From positions 873,709 to 937,708 of the forward strand of contig NZ_JBHTJP010000032.1 of assembly GCF_042676025.1 (NCBI RefSeq): a stretch of DNA of 64,000 nucleotides, written 5' to 3'. This stretch comes from Salinimicrobium gaetbulicola. GTDB lineage: Bacteria; Bacteroidota; Bacteroidia; Flavobacteriales; Flavobacteriaceae. Under the pieces are notes generated by a model, which saw nothing but the letters and a program-made list of their open reading frames with translations, searched no databases and was not told the DNA's origin. Positions 9,640-20,820 of the stretch are shown in pieces. Position numbers and translations under genes: made by a program. The stretch's first letter is position 1, and the number at the start of each line of letters is the position of its first letter.

Positions 9640-10767
9640 TTACCAGCTTGTCAGGGCATCGATAATCACAGTACGTATTTCTTCGTTGGCACCAGCTGCA
9701 AGGGCAACCGAAATGAAAAGACCGGTCATGGCTGCAGAGAAATCTCTGAAGATCATTTTTCCTGCTTTCTTGCGGTGCTTCTTACCTTTCTTGGTTCTGG
9801 CAAGACTTATAGCGATTTCACGCCCTCCAATTATCCCTAGGAAAACCCAGGTGGTACTCATTGGAACGGTACTGATGAATAACTTGTATATTAACAGGAT
9901 CACATAGGTGGCATCTACAAGAGTTGCAGCTCTTACGTCTGAAATTCTTGCTTTCTCACTTACTACTTCCTGGATCTTATCTCCCCTCAGGTAAAATAAC
10001 AAACCAAGACCTGCAAAAATGGTTAAGGCGAAGATCGAGAATTGGAATACATCAAGTTGTCTTGGTAAGAAAACCGCGATGTTCGCACCATCCTGCATTA
10101 CCCATACACCCCAAAGTGTACCTGAAACAACCCATTGAACGATATTCCAGCTCTTATTGAACTTTCGGCTTTTAAAGTATTTCTTGATAAGGTTATAGGA
10201 GAAGTACCAAACCAGGAAGGATAGTACAAACGCCATGATATATCCCGTCCAACTCTTCCAAACTACCGAAGTGATCCCCGAAGTATTTGCACTGAACACA
10301 CTTAAAATAAGGAAAGTGGTCGACACAGGCATTCTCATCCTGGTAAGAATAAGCAGTACTAAAGGTGCGATGATCTGGAAGAAACTAAAGGTTTCAGGAT
10401 GCGGATATTTAGTAGTCCCGTCAGGGCTTAAAAGTCTTTGATAGGTAACGTCCCCATCAAAATAAACCCAGCTAAAAGTAACTGTGAGAAGGAATATCCC
10501 TCCAATGAACAACCAAAGTTTCCACCATTGTTTGTCTTTATTACTCTCAATAAATGTTCCCAATGACTGAATACTGTCATTGGCTACTGTTGCATAGGCC
10601 GCAAAAAAGAAACCAAGCCACATTCCTGTCTGACTTCCTGCCATAACTCCCGCCAAGGCAAGGCCTATTATTACAATAAACAGGAACGTCTTTTCCTGCA
10701 CCATAAAGTCCAGGATATTCAAATAAGGCCTGTCCCTTTTTACACGTGTAAATTTCTTTTTTGCCAT
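9640..10767 (-). CDS. polytopic membrane protein, possibly PiT/PHO4-like inorganic phosphate transporter family
   Basis: About 10 predicted TM helices. The N-terminal ATVANDSIQSLGT is loosely like the PiT GANDVANAFGT signature, so the family assignment is weak. Confidence 0.4.
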   Translation of the reverse strand: MAKKKFTRVKRDRPYLNILDFMVQEKTFLFIVIIGLALAGVMAGSQTGMWLGFFFAAYATVANDSIQSLGTFIESNKDKQWWKLWLFIGGIFLLTVTFSWVYFDGDVTYQRLLSPDGTTKYPHPETFSFFQIIAPLVLLILTRMRMPVSTTFLILSVFSANTSGITSVVWKSWTGYIMAFVLSFLVWYFSYNLIKKYFKSRKFNKSWNIVQWVVSGTLWGVWVMQDGANIAVFLPRQLDVFQFSIFALTIFAGLGLLFYLRGDKIQEVVSEKARISDVRAATLVDATYVILLIYKLFISTVPMSTTWVFLGIIGGREIAISLARTKKGKKHRKKAGKMIFRDFSAAMTGLFISVALAAGANEEIRTVIIDALTSW

Positions 10768-10925
10768 TTTCTTGTAGAGAGTTTAAATCGCTTACAATAT
10801 AAGCTTGTAAAATAGTTTTTATTTCTGATTTTTTATAGAACTGCAAAAATACCTACTTAGCCTAAATTTTGATTTAAATTCAATGTTATGTAATTGTTAA
10901 GAAATAATTAACGTTAGACTTACGG

Positions 10926-10960
10926 CACAAAAAAACCGAACTCATAGAGTCCGGCTTTTT
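10926..10960 (-). terminator. rho-independent terminator downstream of the beta-barrel gene
   Basis: An imperfect hairpin (CCGAACTC...GAGTCCGG) is followed by a T-run on the minus strand. Confidence 0.5.
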
Positions 10961-10980
10961 AAAAATCTCTTTTTCAACTC

Positions 10981-12696
10981 TTATCTTCCGAAGTCGAATT
11001 TATAGGTTGCTCCCGCCATAACCTGAAGCCCGTAAACCGGGTAATTTTTCCATTTTTCATAATTATCACCCAGCAGGTTCTTTCCTTTAGCAAAGATCGA
11101 AAGCCTGTCATTGAAGCGATATCCAAGATTTAAGTTCATGTCAAAATAACTGTCAAGAGTGGTAATATTTTCTTCGGGACTGAAGATATCATTCTGATAC
11201 TCGACATCCTTTCTTTCCCCTATCAAGAAGAAGTTCGCGCCCGCAAACCAGTTTTTGGTAATCTGGTAATCAGCCAGAAGGTTTGCCTTAAAATTAGGCA
11301 GGTTCCAAACTTCAGATTGAACATCAGTATCATATACAAAATACTCTCCGTTCACTCGAAGGTTAAAACTGCTGTTCACATCAAAGCTGAGTTCCCCAAA
11401 CGCTGAAACTGTTTTCACTTTATCGTAGACAACTCCAAAGGAGTTTACGTTGGCGTATGGCTCCTGATTGGCACCGGCAACAGGAGGATTAGCCACGAAC
11501 ATATGTTTCATATCTTCGGAAATAAGATTTCCCTTAAGATTAAAACTCACACTATTAGATAATTTCCCCTTAGCGCCAAGGTATGCATCATACTGTTGAT
11601 CTGTTGGAGCTATGGCCAAAGTTGGGGACACGAATGGATTCTCCTTCGCAAAATTATAATAAGTATTTTGTTTCAATCCACCTTCAAGTCCGGCATAGGC
11701 AATAAAATAGTCTCCTGCCATTCTGTAACTGGCCGTAACCTGCGGATATACATATACAGAACCATCACTATTCTCAGTGTCAAGCCCATAATAGATCGCA
11801 GCTCCCAGATTCAGTGTCAGATCATCTCTAAGGATCAATAAGCCAGATGAAATTCCGGCATTCAGATAACCGTAATTTATTCCGTCTTCAACGAAAAGAT
11901 CGCGGTCAAAAGATCCGTTTACATAGTCAAGCATTAAACTGGTATTCAAAAGCTCCCCTCCAATAGTCAATTCCATGGTAGGCTTAAAGGTCAAATGGTG
12001 TTCGGTAGAATTGAAGTCATCCCCAAAATACCTATACTTCGCTTTTGCCCTTTCGAAAAAGGAATCATCAAGGTTAACTTCCCCACCAACGTACACGCTG
12101 TAAAAGTTGTGCTGCGGATCAAAATCATAATTCTCACCCGGCCCCGGAGAAACTCCATACCAGTTATACAACTGATGCTCCACTCCAAAATCTGTATTCC
12201 ATACAAGATCTCGCTGGCGGGATGAATAGTTCAGATTCAACTCTGTGTCATAATAATGGTCGTCTAGAACAACATCCTCGATATCTCCCTGAGCAGAGTT
12301 GTGAGTGAGGAATATTCCGAAGTTATCGGTCCTGTTCACTTCCAGGTTACTATAAAATTCAGCCAGAGCGCTGGTATATGAACCAAAGCCAAGCGTGATG
12401 TAGTTGTCATATACTTTTTGAGGGCTCTCCCGCTCCACACTAGCCGCACGACCTTTTGCAGGAGAAAACGTAGAAGCCACCGGTACCGAAAAAATACTGT
12501 AAGTAACGTTCTTCTTTTCCAGACTGATGGAATCTGTAATGGCAGGTTTCTCCTTGATCTTAAAGGCATCGCTCACACTTGGCGTGTAAGGTTTTACGAC
12601 CACGATAGAATCACTTTTGATCTCCTGGGCGCTCAGAATACCTGCAAACAGAAATGATATAATAAATGCACTGTTCCTTAATGAGTTGAATTTCAT
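10981..12696 (-). CDS. outer-membrane beta-barrel protein (putative porin)
   Basis: Cleavable signal peptide (…FAGILSAQE). The sequence is rich in alternating aromatic/polar beta-strand stretches, Gly/Asn/Tyr-rich, and ends in an aromatic-containing strand (YKFDFGR). Confidence 0.55.
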   Translation of the reverse strand: MKFNSLRNSAFIISFLFAGILSAQEIKSDSIVVVKPYTPSVSDAFKIKEKPAITDSISLEKKNVTYSIFSVPVASTFSPAKGRAASVERESPQKVYDNYITLGFGSYTSALAEFYSNLEVNRTDNFGIFLTHNSAQGDIEDVVLDDHYYDTELNLNYSSRQRDLVWNTDFGVEHQLYNWYGVSPGPGENYDFDPQHNFYSVYVGGEVNLDDSFFERAKAKYRYFGDDFNSTEHHLTFKPTMELTIGGELLNTSLMLDYVNGSFDRDLFVEDGINYGYLNAGISSGLLILRDDLTLNLGAAIYYGLDTENSDGSVYVYPQVTASYRMAGDYFIAYAGLEGGLKQNTYYNFAKENPFVSPTLAIAPTDQQYDAYLGAKGKLSNSVSFNLKGNLISEDMKHMFVANPPVAGANQEPYANVNSFGVVYDKVKTVSAFGELSFDVNSSFNLRVNGEYFVYDTDVQSEVWNLPNFKANLLADYQITKNWFAGANFFLIGERKDVEYQNDIFSPEENITTLDSYFDMNLNLGYRFNDRLSIFAKGKNLLGDNYEKWKNYPVYGLQVMAGATYKFDFGR

Positions 12697-12721
12697 GGGA
12701 AGGCTTGGTTTTTTATGAGAA

Positions 12722-15700
12722 TTAATTGTTGGTTGGTTCTACGGAAGCATTGGTCCTGGCTTCCTTGGCTTTGATGCGGGCAAGTTCTGTTCTGGCTTCT
12801 TTTACCACTTCAGGGAACTGACCAAAATTCTTGATCACATTATCCAGAATGTAAGTAGCCTGGTAGGCATCTCCTAACTGGTCAAAGTTTTTACCCATCA
12901 ATACGAGCCCTTTTGCTCCGTACAATTTATAACCGGAATACTCTTTCGCAAGTTTTTGCACCGCGTCGTTTGAAGCTTTATAGTTTCCGTTCTTATGTTT
13001 AAAGTAAGCATCATAGTAAAGTGCTTCAGCGGCAAGCTCTCCCGAAGCCGACTTCATTACTTCGGCGTAGGCTTGTTGGGCCCGGGCCTCGTTTCCTGTT
13101 CTAATGGCAGCGCGGGCAATGATCACCTGCGCGTCATTCTTAGCAGTTTTCTCAGCTGCAGGATTAGCAAGTACCTTTTCGGCGTAACTCACAGCTTCAG
13201 AATACCTGTCTTCCTGCAAATAAGATTTCATCAAGTTTGACTGGGCAAAAATGACATTCTGAGAATAAGCCGCTTCGGTCTCTAATTGCTTCAGCACCGG
13301 GATAGCTTCGGAATAATTTTGCTGGTCAAGATATACTTCGGCTAAACGAGCGAGCGCCTGTTCATTAAATTCACTTCCTCCCCTGTAGATCACAAACTTG
13401 TAATGAGGGATACTTTTAGCTTTATTCCCATCTCTGAAGTATAACTGAGCGAGGTAGAAATTGGCTTCGAGAGAATGTAAACCGTTCGGGAAAGATTGGA
13501 TGTATTTTTCAAGAGCAACTCTCGCTTTTTCTGAATTGTTTTCCCTGTATTGCTTATCGGCAGCCTCAAAAGTGGTATTATCAAGATCAGCATCTGTAAT
13601 CTCGACAAAATCCAGGTTTTTCACCCAGGCAGCATATTCGTCGATTCGCCCTAGATCAATATAAACCAACCTGGCAGTTTGAACTGCCTGTGCCGCTTCG
13701 GGAGAATTGGGATAATCCGTCACCACTCTTTTCATTTTGTCTAAAGCCTGGTTTCCCTGATCCCGGTTATAGTAAATAAGCCCTTGCTTCAGCAGCGCTT
13801 TTGGCACCAAGGAGCTTCCCGGAACTTCTCTCACCAGCCTGTCATAGGCATCCATGGCCCTAGAAGTATTGTTCATGGCCACATACGTGTTCCCGAGTTC
13901 GTAAGATGCGTCGTCACGATAGGAAGAACGCGGATACCTGTTAAGGAAATCTCCTAATGCTTCGATCTTACTCTCATTACGGTTCACAAACCCATAACTA
14001 ATGGCCTTTTGAAAAGCTGCATAATCGTTTTGAGTTCCGTTCATTGAAATAGCAGAATTATAGGCTTCCATTGCCGGCCAGTAGCTGCTGTTCACAAAAT
14101 AACTGTCTCCCAGCCGCACAAAAGCATCATTTCTTCTCGAGTCATCGTTGGCTGCATTGTTGGCGTATCTTTTGAAATATTCAATTGCCCGGTCGTATTC
14201 CCGTTGCTTGAAATAGGCATACCCGATATTGTAATCCAGGTTTTCTCGTTCCGCTGAATTCTTTGCACCGCTCATTCCGCTGAATTCTCTATACCCGATA
14301 AGGGCTTCCCGGAAATTGTTCAGGTTGAAATCACTCTCTGCTTTCCAGAAGGTCGCTAAAGCTGTGAAACGAGGATCTCTTCTCTCGCTTAAAGCTTTTC
14401 CGAAGAATTCATTCGCCTCACGGAAGTTCCCTTCGTTGAATAATTCTATCCCTCTGTAAAGTGCTACCTGCTGATAAACGACGTTGTTTTGGAAATTTCG
14501 GTTCCCCTGAAGCAATCTCATCGCCTCCTCATAATTTTTAGTGGTAATGAAGGAATTGATCAGCAACTCATTGATCTCCTCTTTTGCAGAAGAATTCGGG
14601 TATTGCTCCAAATAGTTCATCAACACTTCGGGAACGCTGGCATAGTTATTACCTATCTCATAACTAAGTTTCGCGTAATTAAGAGCCGCATCTGCCTGGA
14701 TCTCCTTATTGAAATCCATCTCACTCGCATTTTTGAACGCGTTTAGAGCTTCCTGTTTTTTATCGGTCTTTAAATAAGATTGAGCCAGGTGATAATAGGC
14801 ATTCTGCGCAACAGCGTTTTTACCGTCTATAATTTTATTGAACTCAGAAATGGCTTTTTCGTAATCTCCCTGCTGGAAATAAGCATAGCCTAACTGGTAG
14901 TAATCTGTATTGTTCCATCTTCCGCGCTGTCCTTTATACTCGGTCAGGTATGGAATCGCTTTTTCATATTGCCCCAGGTTAAAATAGCTTTCCCCAATGA
15001 TCTTGTTCAGCTCACTTTGATCTTTGCGGTCAGCCTTCGGAAGTTGTTCCAAACCGAGTTGGATCGCCTTTTCAAAATTCCCTTGCTTGAAGTTCATATC
15101 GCTCTGGAAGTAAGAAAGGTCTTCCTGGTAGCGCTCCTCCTGTTTTACATCTTCAAAAAGCTCGTTGGCTTCCCGATAATCATCACCTTCATAGGCCATA
15201 AATCCGAGGTAATACTTTGCCTGAGACCCATATTTCTTTGAGTTTTTAACCTTCGATAAGTATTCTTTAGCTTCATCGAACTTATTTCCTTTAAAATAGG
15301 AATAACCGTTATTGAAGTTAAAACGTTCTTTTTCAGCCCTGCTCAGGTTGTCCTGGTCAACTGTATCATACCATTTTCTGGCAAGAGAATATTTCCCTGT
15401 TTCAAAGTAATAATCGGCCACATCCAAGAAGGCCGCGTTGGTCTTGGTGCTGGTCGGGTACCGTTCCACAAATTCTTCCATGAGCTCATCTGCACCCGGC
15501 TGGTTAAGGCGTATGGCAGCATTGGCTATATAATATGCGCAGTTCGCTTTGATCCTTTCGTCATCTATTTCGTCCTGTACTTCATCAAACAAGGTTTGGG
15601 CGGCCAGGTACTGACTTCCGTTATAAAGTTCCAGTGCACGATTATAGTCTGCCAGCTCTGTGGTATGAAGAGCAGTTTGCTGAGGAAAAACGGAAATACT

Positions 15701-15745
15701 TAGGAAAAGGAAAACAACAAAAAGGTAAGTTTTGCTATGTGTCAT
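12722..15745 (-). CDS. large tetratricopeptide-repeat (TPR) protein with N-terminal signal/TM
   Basis: More than 20 recognisable TPR-like 34-aa units (repeated W/Y-LG-Y-A-P pattern such as YYLGFMAYE and YYQLGYAYFQQGDYEKA). Start set at the internal Met preceding the hydrophobic segment (15743-15745). Confidence 0.8.
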   Translation of the reverse strand: MTHSKTYLFVVFLFLSISVFPQQTALHTTELADYNRALELYNGSQYLAAQTLFDEVQDEIDDERIKANCAYYIANAAIRLNQPGADELMEEFVERYPTSTKTNAAFLDVADYYFETGKYSLARKWYDTVDQDNLSRAEKERFNFNNGYSYFKGNKFDEAKEYLSKVKNSKKYGSQAKYYLGFMAYEGDDYREANELFEDVKQEERYQEDLSYFQSDMNFKQGNFEKAIQLGLEQLPKADRKDQSELNKIIGESYFNLGQYEKAIPYLTEYKGQRGRWNNTDYYQLGYAYFQQGDYEKAISEFNKIIDGKNAVAQNAYYHLAQSYLKTDKKQEALNAFKNASEMDFNKEIQADAALNYAKLSYEIGNNYASVPEVLMNYLEQYPNSSAKEEINELLINSFITTKNYEEAMRLLQGNRNFQNNVVYQQVALYRGIELFNEGNFREANEFFGKALSERRDPRFTALATFWKAESDFNLNNFREALIGYREFSGMSGAKNSAERENLDYNIGYAYFKQREYDRAIEYFKRYANNAANDDSRRNDAFVRLGDSYFVNSSYWPAMEAYNSAISMNGTQNDYAAFQKAISYGFVNRNESKIEALGDFLNRYPRSSYRDDASYELGNTYVAMNNTSRAMDAYDRLVREVPGSSLVPKALLKQGLIYYNRDQGNQALDKMKRVVTDYPNSPEAAQAVQTARLVYIDLGRIDEYAAWVKNLDFVEITDADLDNTTFEAADKQYRENNSEKARVALEKYIQSFPNGLHSLEANFYLAQLYFRDGNKAKSIPHYKFVIYRGGSEFNEQALARLAEVYLDQQNYSEAIPVLKQLETEAAYSQNVIFAQSNLMKSYLQEDRYSEAVSYAEKVLANPAAEKTAKNDAQVIIARAAIRTGNEARAQQAYAEVMKSASGELAAEALYYDAYFKHKNGNYKASNDAVQKLAKEYSGYKLYGAKGLVLMGKNFDQLGDAYQATYILDNVIKNFGQFPEVVKEARTELARIKAKEARTNASVEPTNN

Positions 15746-15941
15746 TCGAGGGTTTAGTTTTGTTGATGATACCAAAGATATAAGAATCTCTTTGGTAATA
15801 ACGCCTATCTGCCAAGATAAATTATATGCATTTATCAAATGATCCTTCAATTTTCTGCGGAAAAATCCTTTAAGAATTATAAGTCTAGTCCTAATATTTA
15901 CGTTCTCTTTCTTACTTTTACCTCACAAAAACCGACTTTTC

Positions 15942-16625
15942 ATGGCCAATACGGTGTTACACCTCAAAGACGCTTCCATCTACCAAAGGGAGAGCCTCAT
16001 ACTTTCTGAAGTCAATATCGAGATCGAAAAAGGGGAATTCGTCTACCTGATCGGAAAAACAGGAACCGGAAAAAGTAGTTTTATGAAAACGCTTTACGGA
16101 GATCTTCCACTTTCAGAAGGTGAAGGCAGTATTGTAGATTATAACCTCAGGACCCTGAAAGAAAAAGATATTCCGTTCCTTCGAAGGAAACTGGGAGTTG
16201 TTTTCCAGGATTTCAAACTATTGAATGACCGCAACGTTAAAGATAATCTCTTATTTGTCCTGAAAGCGACCGGCTGGAAAGACAAGGCTGCCATGGACAA
16301 AAAGATCGAGGAAGTTCTCAACAAGGTAGGAATGGGCACTAAAGGATTTAAAAATCCATACCAGCTTTCTGGAGGGGAACAGCAAAGAATCGCCATCGCG
16401 AGGGCGCTTCTCAATGACCCTGAATTGATCCTGGCCGATGAGCCTACAGGTAACCTGGATCCCCAGACATCTGTTGAAGTTATGGAAGTACTCCAGGAGA
16501 TCAGTAAAAATGGTAAGACCATTCTGATGGCTACCCATGACTATGCGCTACTTCTGAAATACCCTTCCAAAACCCTGAAATGTGACGGGCAAAAGGTATT
16601 TGAGGTAGTTCAAAAAACGGTGTAG
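15942..16625 (+). CDS. ftsE: cell-division ABC ATPase FtsE
   Basis: Walker A GKTGTGKSS, ABC signature LSGGEQQR and Walker B ILADEPTGNLD. ~225 aa, typical FtsE size. Confidence 0.85.
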   Translation: MANTVLHLKDASIYQRESLILSEVNIEIEKGEFVYLIGKTGTGKSSFMKTLYGDLPLSEGEGSIVDYNLRTLKEKDIPFLRRKLGVVFQDFKLLNDRNVKDNLLFVLKATGWKDKAAMDKKIEEVLNKVGMGTKGFKNPYQLSGGEQQRIAIARALLNDPELILADEPTGNLDPQTSVEVMEVLQEISKNGKTILMATHDYALLLKYPSKTLKCDGQKVFEVVQKTV

Positions 16626-16764
16626 AAATAAGTTTTCTGTGTCATTCTGAACTAAGCAACGCGAAGTGAAGAATCTCTTTTTTTCGGCACACTGTCCCGA
16701 AGTTTCGGGAGTTTCAGGGTCTACTCAATAAGATGCGGAAATAAATTCAGCATAACGTTTTTAA

Positions 16765-16810
16765 ATAAAAAACCCTTTCAAAAAATACATTTTGAAAGGG
16801 TTTTTTTTGT
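16765..16810. terminator. bidirectional rho-independent terminator
   Basis: CCCTTTCAAAA…TTTTGAAAGGG hairpin flanked by an A-run on one side and T8 on the other. It sits between the convergent ftsE and the small minus-strand ORF. Confidence 0.6.
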
Positions 16811-16825
16811 TCTTCAGATAAAAAC

Positions 16826-17074
16826 CTAAGCTTCTTTCGGAGCAGTGTTTTTCTTGCTGATAAACAGGTAATATAAGTTTACCAGAATGATCGCGGCATT
16901 GGTAATGATAATTGGCCAGGAATTCAATAGTATTCCGTAGACCACAAAGAACATACAGCCCAGGGTATTTACATATCTCAAGGTGGTAATGTTTCGCATA
17001 AGGAATGACATCAACACAAAAAGCGACGCCAGGTACCCAAACCATTCCACGTATGATATTCCAAGTATTTCCAT
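16826..17074 (-). CDS. hypothetical small membrane protein (2-3 TM)
   Basis: Strongly hydrophobic 82-aa ORF. Preferred over the overlapping 94-aa ORF in another frame, which has random-looking composition. Confidence 0.4.
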   Translation of the reverse strand: MEILGISYVEWFGYLASLFVLMSFLMRNITTLRYVNTLGCMFFVVYGILLNSWPIIITNAAIILVNLYYLFISKKNTAPKEA

Positions 17075-17152
17075 AATTAAGGTCTAAAAATTAAAAGCTG
17101 TCAAATTTAGAACTTTCATTCTTTATCTGACAGCTTTTTAAAAATTCAAAAA

Positions 17153-18952
17153 CTATATAGTCTTATTTCTTTTTCTGTCGTTTTCGGTAAGATAGATCTT
17201 TCTAAGACGAAGGTGGTTTGGAGTAACCTCAACATATTCGTCTTTCTGGATGTATTCCAAAGCCTCTTCCAACGAGAATTTAATAGCAGGAACGATCTTC
17301 GCCTTATCATCTGCTCCAGATGAACGTACGTTAGAAAGTTTCTTGGTCTTGGTAATGTTCACCACCATATCATCCTGACGGGAGTTCTCACCAATCACCT
17401 GTCCTTCGTAAATATCCTCTCCCGGATCAACAAAGAATTTACCTCTATCCTGAAGTTTATCGATAGAATAAGGAATTGCTTTTCCTTTTTCCATAGAAAC
17501 CAAAGATCCGTTTTGGCGCTCTGGAATTCCACCTTTCAACGGCTGATATTCTTTATAACGGTGAGCCATGATTGCTTCACCTGCAGTCGCGGTCAATAAC
17601 TGGTTACGTAAACCAATGATTCCACGAGAAGGGATCTGGAACTGAATGGTCATCCTGTCTCCTTTTCCTTCCATGCTTAACATTTCACCTTTACGCATAG
17701 TCACCATTTCAACCGCTTTTCCTGAAACATCTTCAGGAAGGTCAATGGTAAGCTCTTCAATAGGCTCACATTTAACTCCGTCAATTTCTTTAATGATAAC
17801 CTGAGGCTGCCCAATCTGAAGTTCATAACCTTCACGGCGCATGGTCTCGATAAGTACAGATAAGTGAAGTACCCCACGCCCGAAGACCATGAATTTATCG
17901 GCACTATCGGTCTCCTCTACTCTAAGAGCAAGGTTCTTTTCAAGCTCCTTCATCAGGCGATCCTTGATGTGCCTGGAAGTAACGAATTTTCCGTCTTTTC
18001 CAAAGAAAGGGGAATCGTTGATCGTGAATAACATGCTCATTGTAGGCTCATCGATCGCGATGGTCTTCAATCCTTGCGGATTTTCAATATCTGCAACCGT
18101 GTCCCCGATCTCAAATCCTTCAAGTCCAACCAGGGCACAAATGTCTCCTGCCTGTACTTCTTCAACTTTTCTACGGCCTAAACCTTCAAAAGTATGAAGT
18201 TCTTTGATTTTTGTCTTTTTAATAGTACCGTCACGCTTCACAAGAGAAACCTGCATTCCCTCTTTCAATGTCCCACGTTGAAGACGCCCAATTGCGATCC
18301 TTCCGGTGAACGATGAAAAGTCAAGGGAAGTGATCAACATCTGTGGTGTACCTTCCTCGATCTTTGGAGAAGGAATGTGCTCGATCACCATGTCAAGTAA
18401 CGGTTCAATATTTTCAGTTTGATTTCTCCAGTCGTCACTCATCCAGTTATTCTTAGCTGAACCGTAAACGGTTGGAAAATCCAACTGCCATTCTTCTGCA
18501 CCCAGTTCGAACATAAGGTCGAACACTTTTTCATGAACCTCTTCTGGAGTACAGTTTTCTTTATCTACTTTGTTTACCACCACACAAGGCTTAAGACCTA
18601 AATCGATGGCTTTTTGCAATACAAAACGAGTTTGCGGCATTGGACCTTCAAAAGCATCAACAAGAAGCAATACTCCGTCGGCCATATTCAATACTCTTTC
18701 AACCTCACCACCAAAATCGGCGTGACCAGGAGTATCGATAATATTAATTTTCGTGTCTTTATAAACTACGGAAACGTTCTTAGAAGTAATTGTGATCCCT
18801 CTTTCTCTTTCAAGATCATTGTTATCAAGGATCAAGTCTCCGGTATTTTCGTTTTCCCTGAAAAGTTGACAATGGTACATAATCTTATCTACCAACGTGG
18901 TCTTTCCGTGGTCAACGTGCGCGATAATCGCGATGTTTTTAATAGCTGTCAT
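17153..18952 (-). CDS. typA: translational GTPase TypA/BipA
   Basis: [16 protein letters not shown]1 motif, DTPGHADF G3 motif and NKVD G4 motif. ~600 aa EF-G-like domain order with the BipA-specific C-terminal domain. Confidence 0.95.
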   Translation of the reverse strand: MTAIKNIAIIAHVDHGKTTLVDKIMYHCQLFRENENTGDLILDNNDLERERGITITSKNVSVVYKDTKINIIDTPGHADFGGEVERVLNMADGVLLLVDAFEGPMPQTRFVLQKAIDLGLKPCVVVNKVDKENCTPEEVHEKVFDLMFELGAEEWQLDFPTVYGSAKNNWMSDDWRNQTENIEPLLDMVIEHIPSPKIEEGTPQMLITSLDFSSFTGRIAIGRLQRGTLKEGMQVSLVKRDGTIKKTKIKELHTFEGLGRRKVEEVQAGDICALVGLEGFEIGDTVADIENPQGLKTIAIDEPTMSMLFTINDSPFFGKDGKFVTSRHIKDRLMKELEKNLALRVEETDSADKFMVFGRGVLHLSVLIETMRREGYELQIGQPQVIIKEIDGVKCEPIEELTIDLPEDVSGKAVEMVTMRKGEMLSMEGKGDRMTIQFQIPSRGIIGLRNQLLTATAGEAIMAHRYKEYQPLKGGIPERQNGSLVSMEKGKAIPYSIDKLQDRGKFFVDPGEDIYEGQVIGENSRQDDMVVNITKTKKLSNVRSSGADDKAKIVPAIKFSLEEALEYIQKDEYVEVTPNHLRLRKIYLTENDRKRNKTI

Positions 18953-19258
18953 ATAAACGCCTGATTTTTAAGGCTGCAAAGGTACGTTTATTTTTTGCGA
19001 AAAAAACAACCCCGACAGTTTTATTATTCCCCACCCGCAAAAGACATTCAAAAAATTGATTATCAGCAAATTAAACAACACCAAACCACTTAATTATAAA
19101 GGAATCGCTGTTAGGTTTTAAAAAATTGTCAAATTCATATATCTGTCAGAAAATAAAGAATTTAAGATTTCTCAAATACCTTTTAATCCTAAGATTTCGT
19201 AAATTTAAAGGATTAGAAATCAGAATCATACAAACCATAACCCCTAAAACCCGATGGT

Positions 19259-19846
19259 ATGAAAAATATTAATTACAATAAATACATTTACTTTTTACTG
19301 ATAGTACTGATATCAGGTGCCAGTATGGGACTTTATGGTCAGAAACCAGAACCGGCAAGCCTTGATTACCCTAATGTTCAAAAAGACATTGAGACCGTAA
19401 AAGCCACTATTAAAGCTTATGAGAACGGGAACTGGGAGCAACTACGCAATAACCTTGCAGAAGATGCTATGGTGTATAACCTGGGAAGTTTTGACAGTCT
19501 AACAGTTGACCAGACCGTAAATTACTGGAAAAAAGGCCGAGATTCGGCTATTCCAATGATTTCTGAAGATGGAATCTGGCTGGGTGTTGCAGTTTCTGAA
19601 GGCCCACGCGAAGGAAACTGGATTCTTCATTGGGGTAATAACACCCTTACTTACCCAAACGGGGAAACCATTAGTTTCCCTTACCACCTTGCCACTCATA
19701 TGAAAGAGGACCAGATCGACCGGATCTATTTTTATTACGATAACGGAAGGATCATCCGCAGTTTAGGATATTCCATTGACCCACCTGTCAAAGAAGATGA
19801 TGACGACGGCCTGGAAGATTTTGAAGGCTACAGGGAGAACGATTAG
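19259..19846 (+). CDS. hypothetical secreted protein, NTF2/SnoaL-like fold suspected
   Basis: Signal peptide. The size and an aromatic-rich core suggest an NTF2-like fold; the family is uncertain. Confidence 0.5.
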   Translation: MKNINYNKYIYFLLIVLISGASMGLYGQKPEPASLDYPNVQKDIETVKATIKAYENGNWEQLRNNLAEDAMVYNLGSFDSLTVDQTVNYWKKGRDSAIPMISEDGIWLGVAVSEGPREGNWILHWGNNTLTYPNGETISFPYHLATHMKEDQIDRIYFYYDNGRIIRSLGYSIDPPVKEDDDDGLEDFEGYREND

Positions 19847-19925
19847 AAATTTCAATTTTTAGAAGATTTGTTAGCCGGGTATAAAGATTCTCAAAAAGGG
19901 TATCTTTGTACCCAAATTTTATTTT

Positions 19926-20744
19926 ATGAAACTGGAAAAAATCCCTCAAATAAAACACGCTAATTCAGGAAACTTCTTCTTACTGGCAGGACCTTGCGCC
20001 ATTGAAGGAGAAGAAATGGCCCTTAGAATTGCCGAAACTATCCTGAAGATCACAGATAAACTGGAGATTCCATTAATTTTCAAAGGCTCCTTCAAAAAAG
20101 CGAACCGAAGCCGTATTGACAGCTTCACGGGTATCGGCGATGAAAAAGCTTTAAAGATCCTGAGAAAAGTTTCCGAAACTTTTGAGGTTCCAACCGTGAC
20201 AGATATTCACGAACGATCTGATGCTGCCATGGCCGCGGAATATGTTGATGTATTACAAATTCCGGCTTTCCTGGTAAGACAAACAGACCTTGTTGTTGCC
20301 GCAGCCGAAACCGGAAAGGTGGTTAACCTTAAAAAAGGTCAGTTCATGAGCCCTGAAAGTATGAAACATGCGGTAACCAAAGTAACCGACTGCAACAACG
20401 AACAGGTAATGGTAACAGACCGTGGAACCATGTTCGGATACCAGGATATGATCGTTGACTTCAGAGGAATTCCAACCATGCGACAATTCGCGCCAACTGT
20501 GCTTGATGTAACCCATTCTTTACAACAGCCTAATCAAAGCAGCGGAGTGACTGGGGGAAGACCTGATATGATCGAAACAATTGCCAGAGCTGGTATCGCT
20601 ACCGGAGCTGACGGTATTTTTATTGAAACCCATTTCGATCCGGCTAACGCGAAAAGTGACGGTGCCAACATGCTCGACATTCAGTACCTCGAAAGACTAT
20701 TGACGAATCTTACCGCCATCAGGAAGACCATCAATACTTTCTAG
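19926..20744 (+). CDS. kdsA: 3-deoxy-8-phosphooctulonate (KDO-8-P) synthase
   Basis: LLAGPCAIE, KGSFKKANRS and later QIPAFL blocks are characteristic of KdsA. ~270 aa. Confidence 0.9.
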   Translation: MKLEKIPQIKHANSGNFFLLAGPCAIEGEEMALRIAETILKITDKLEIPLIFKGSFKKANRSRIDSFTGIGDEKALKILRKVSETFEVPTVTDIHERSDAAMAAEYVDVLQIPAFLVRQTDLVVAAAETGKVVNLKKGQFMSPESMKHAVTKVTDCNNEQVMVTDRGTMFGYQDMIVDFRGIPTMRQFAPTVLDVTHSLQQPNQSSGVTGGRPDMIETIARAGIATGADGIFIETHFDPANAKSDGANMLDIQYLERLLTNLTAIRKTINTF

Positions 20745-20764
20745 ATCACAAAAAAGGAAATAAT

Positions 20765-20796
20765 AAAAAACCCACTTCTTTCGAGTGGGTTTTTTC
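20765..20796. terminator. bidirectional rho-independent terminator between kdsA and nrdJ
   Basis: A-run, then a CCCACTTctttcgAGTGGG hairpin, then T5. It serves the convergent kdsA (+) and nrdJ (-). Confidence 0.65.
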
Positions 20797-20820
20797 ATTT
20801 TTATTGAGGGACAAAAAGTA

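Noticed and set aside
10577-10846. 89-aa ORF overlapping the 5' end of the PiT-like membrane gene
   Set aside because: It overlaps the start region of a longer hydrophobic ORF in another frame. It is Cys-rich and implausible.
12995-15241. Several plus-strand ORFs of 60-90 aa inside the minus-strand TPR gene
   Set aside because: All lie antisense within a continuous 1007-codon ORF with clear TPR periodicity. There is no independent support.
16761-17045. 94-aa ORF overlapping the 82-aa membrane ORF in another frame
   Set aside because: Composition is random-looking (Cys/His/Tyr scattered), whereas the alternative frame gives clean TM helices. Only one can be real.
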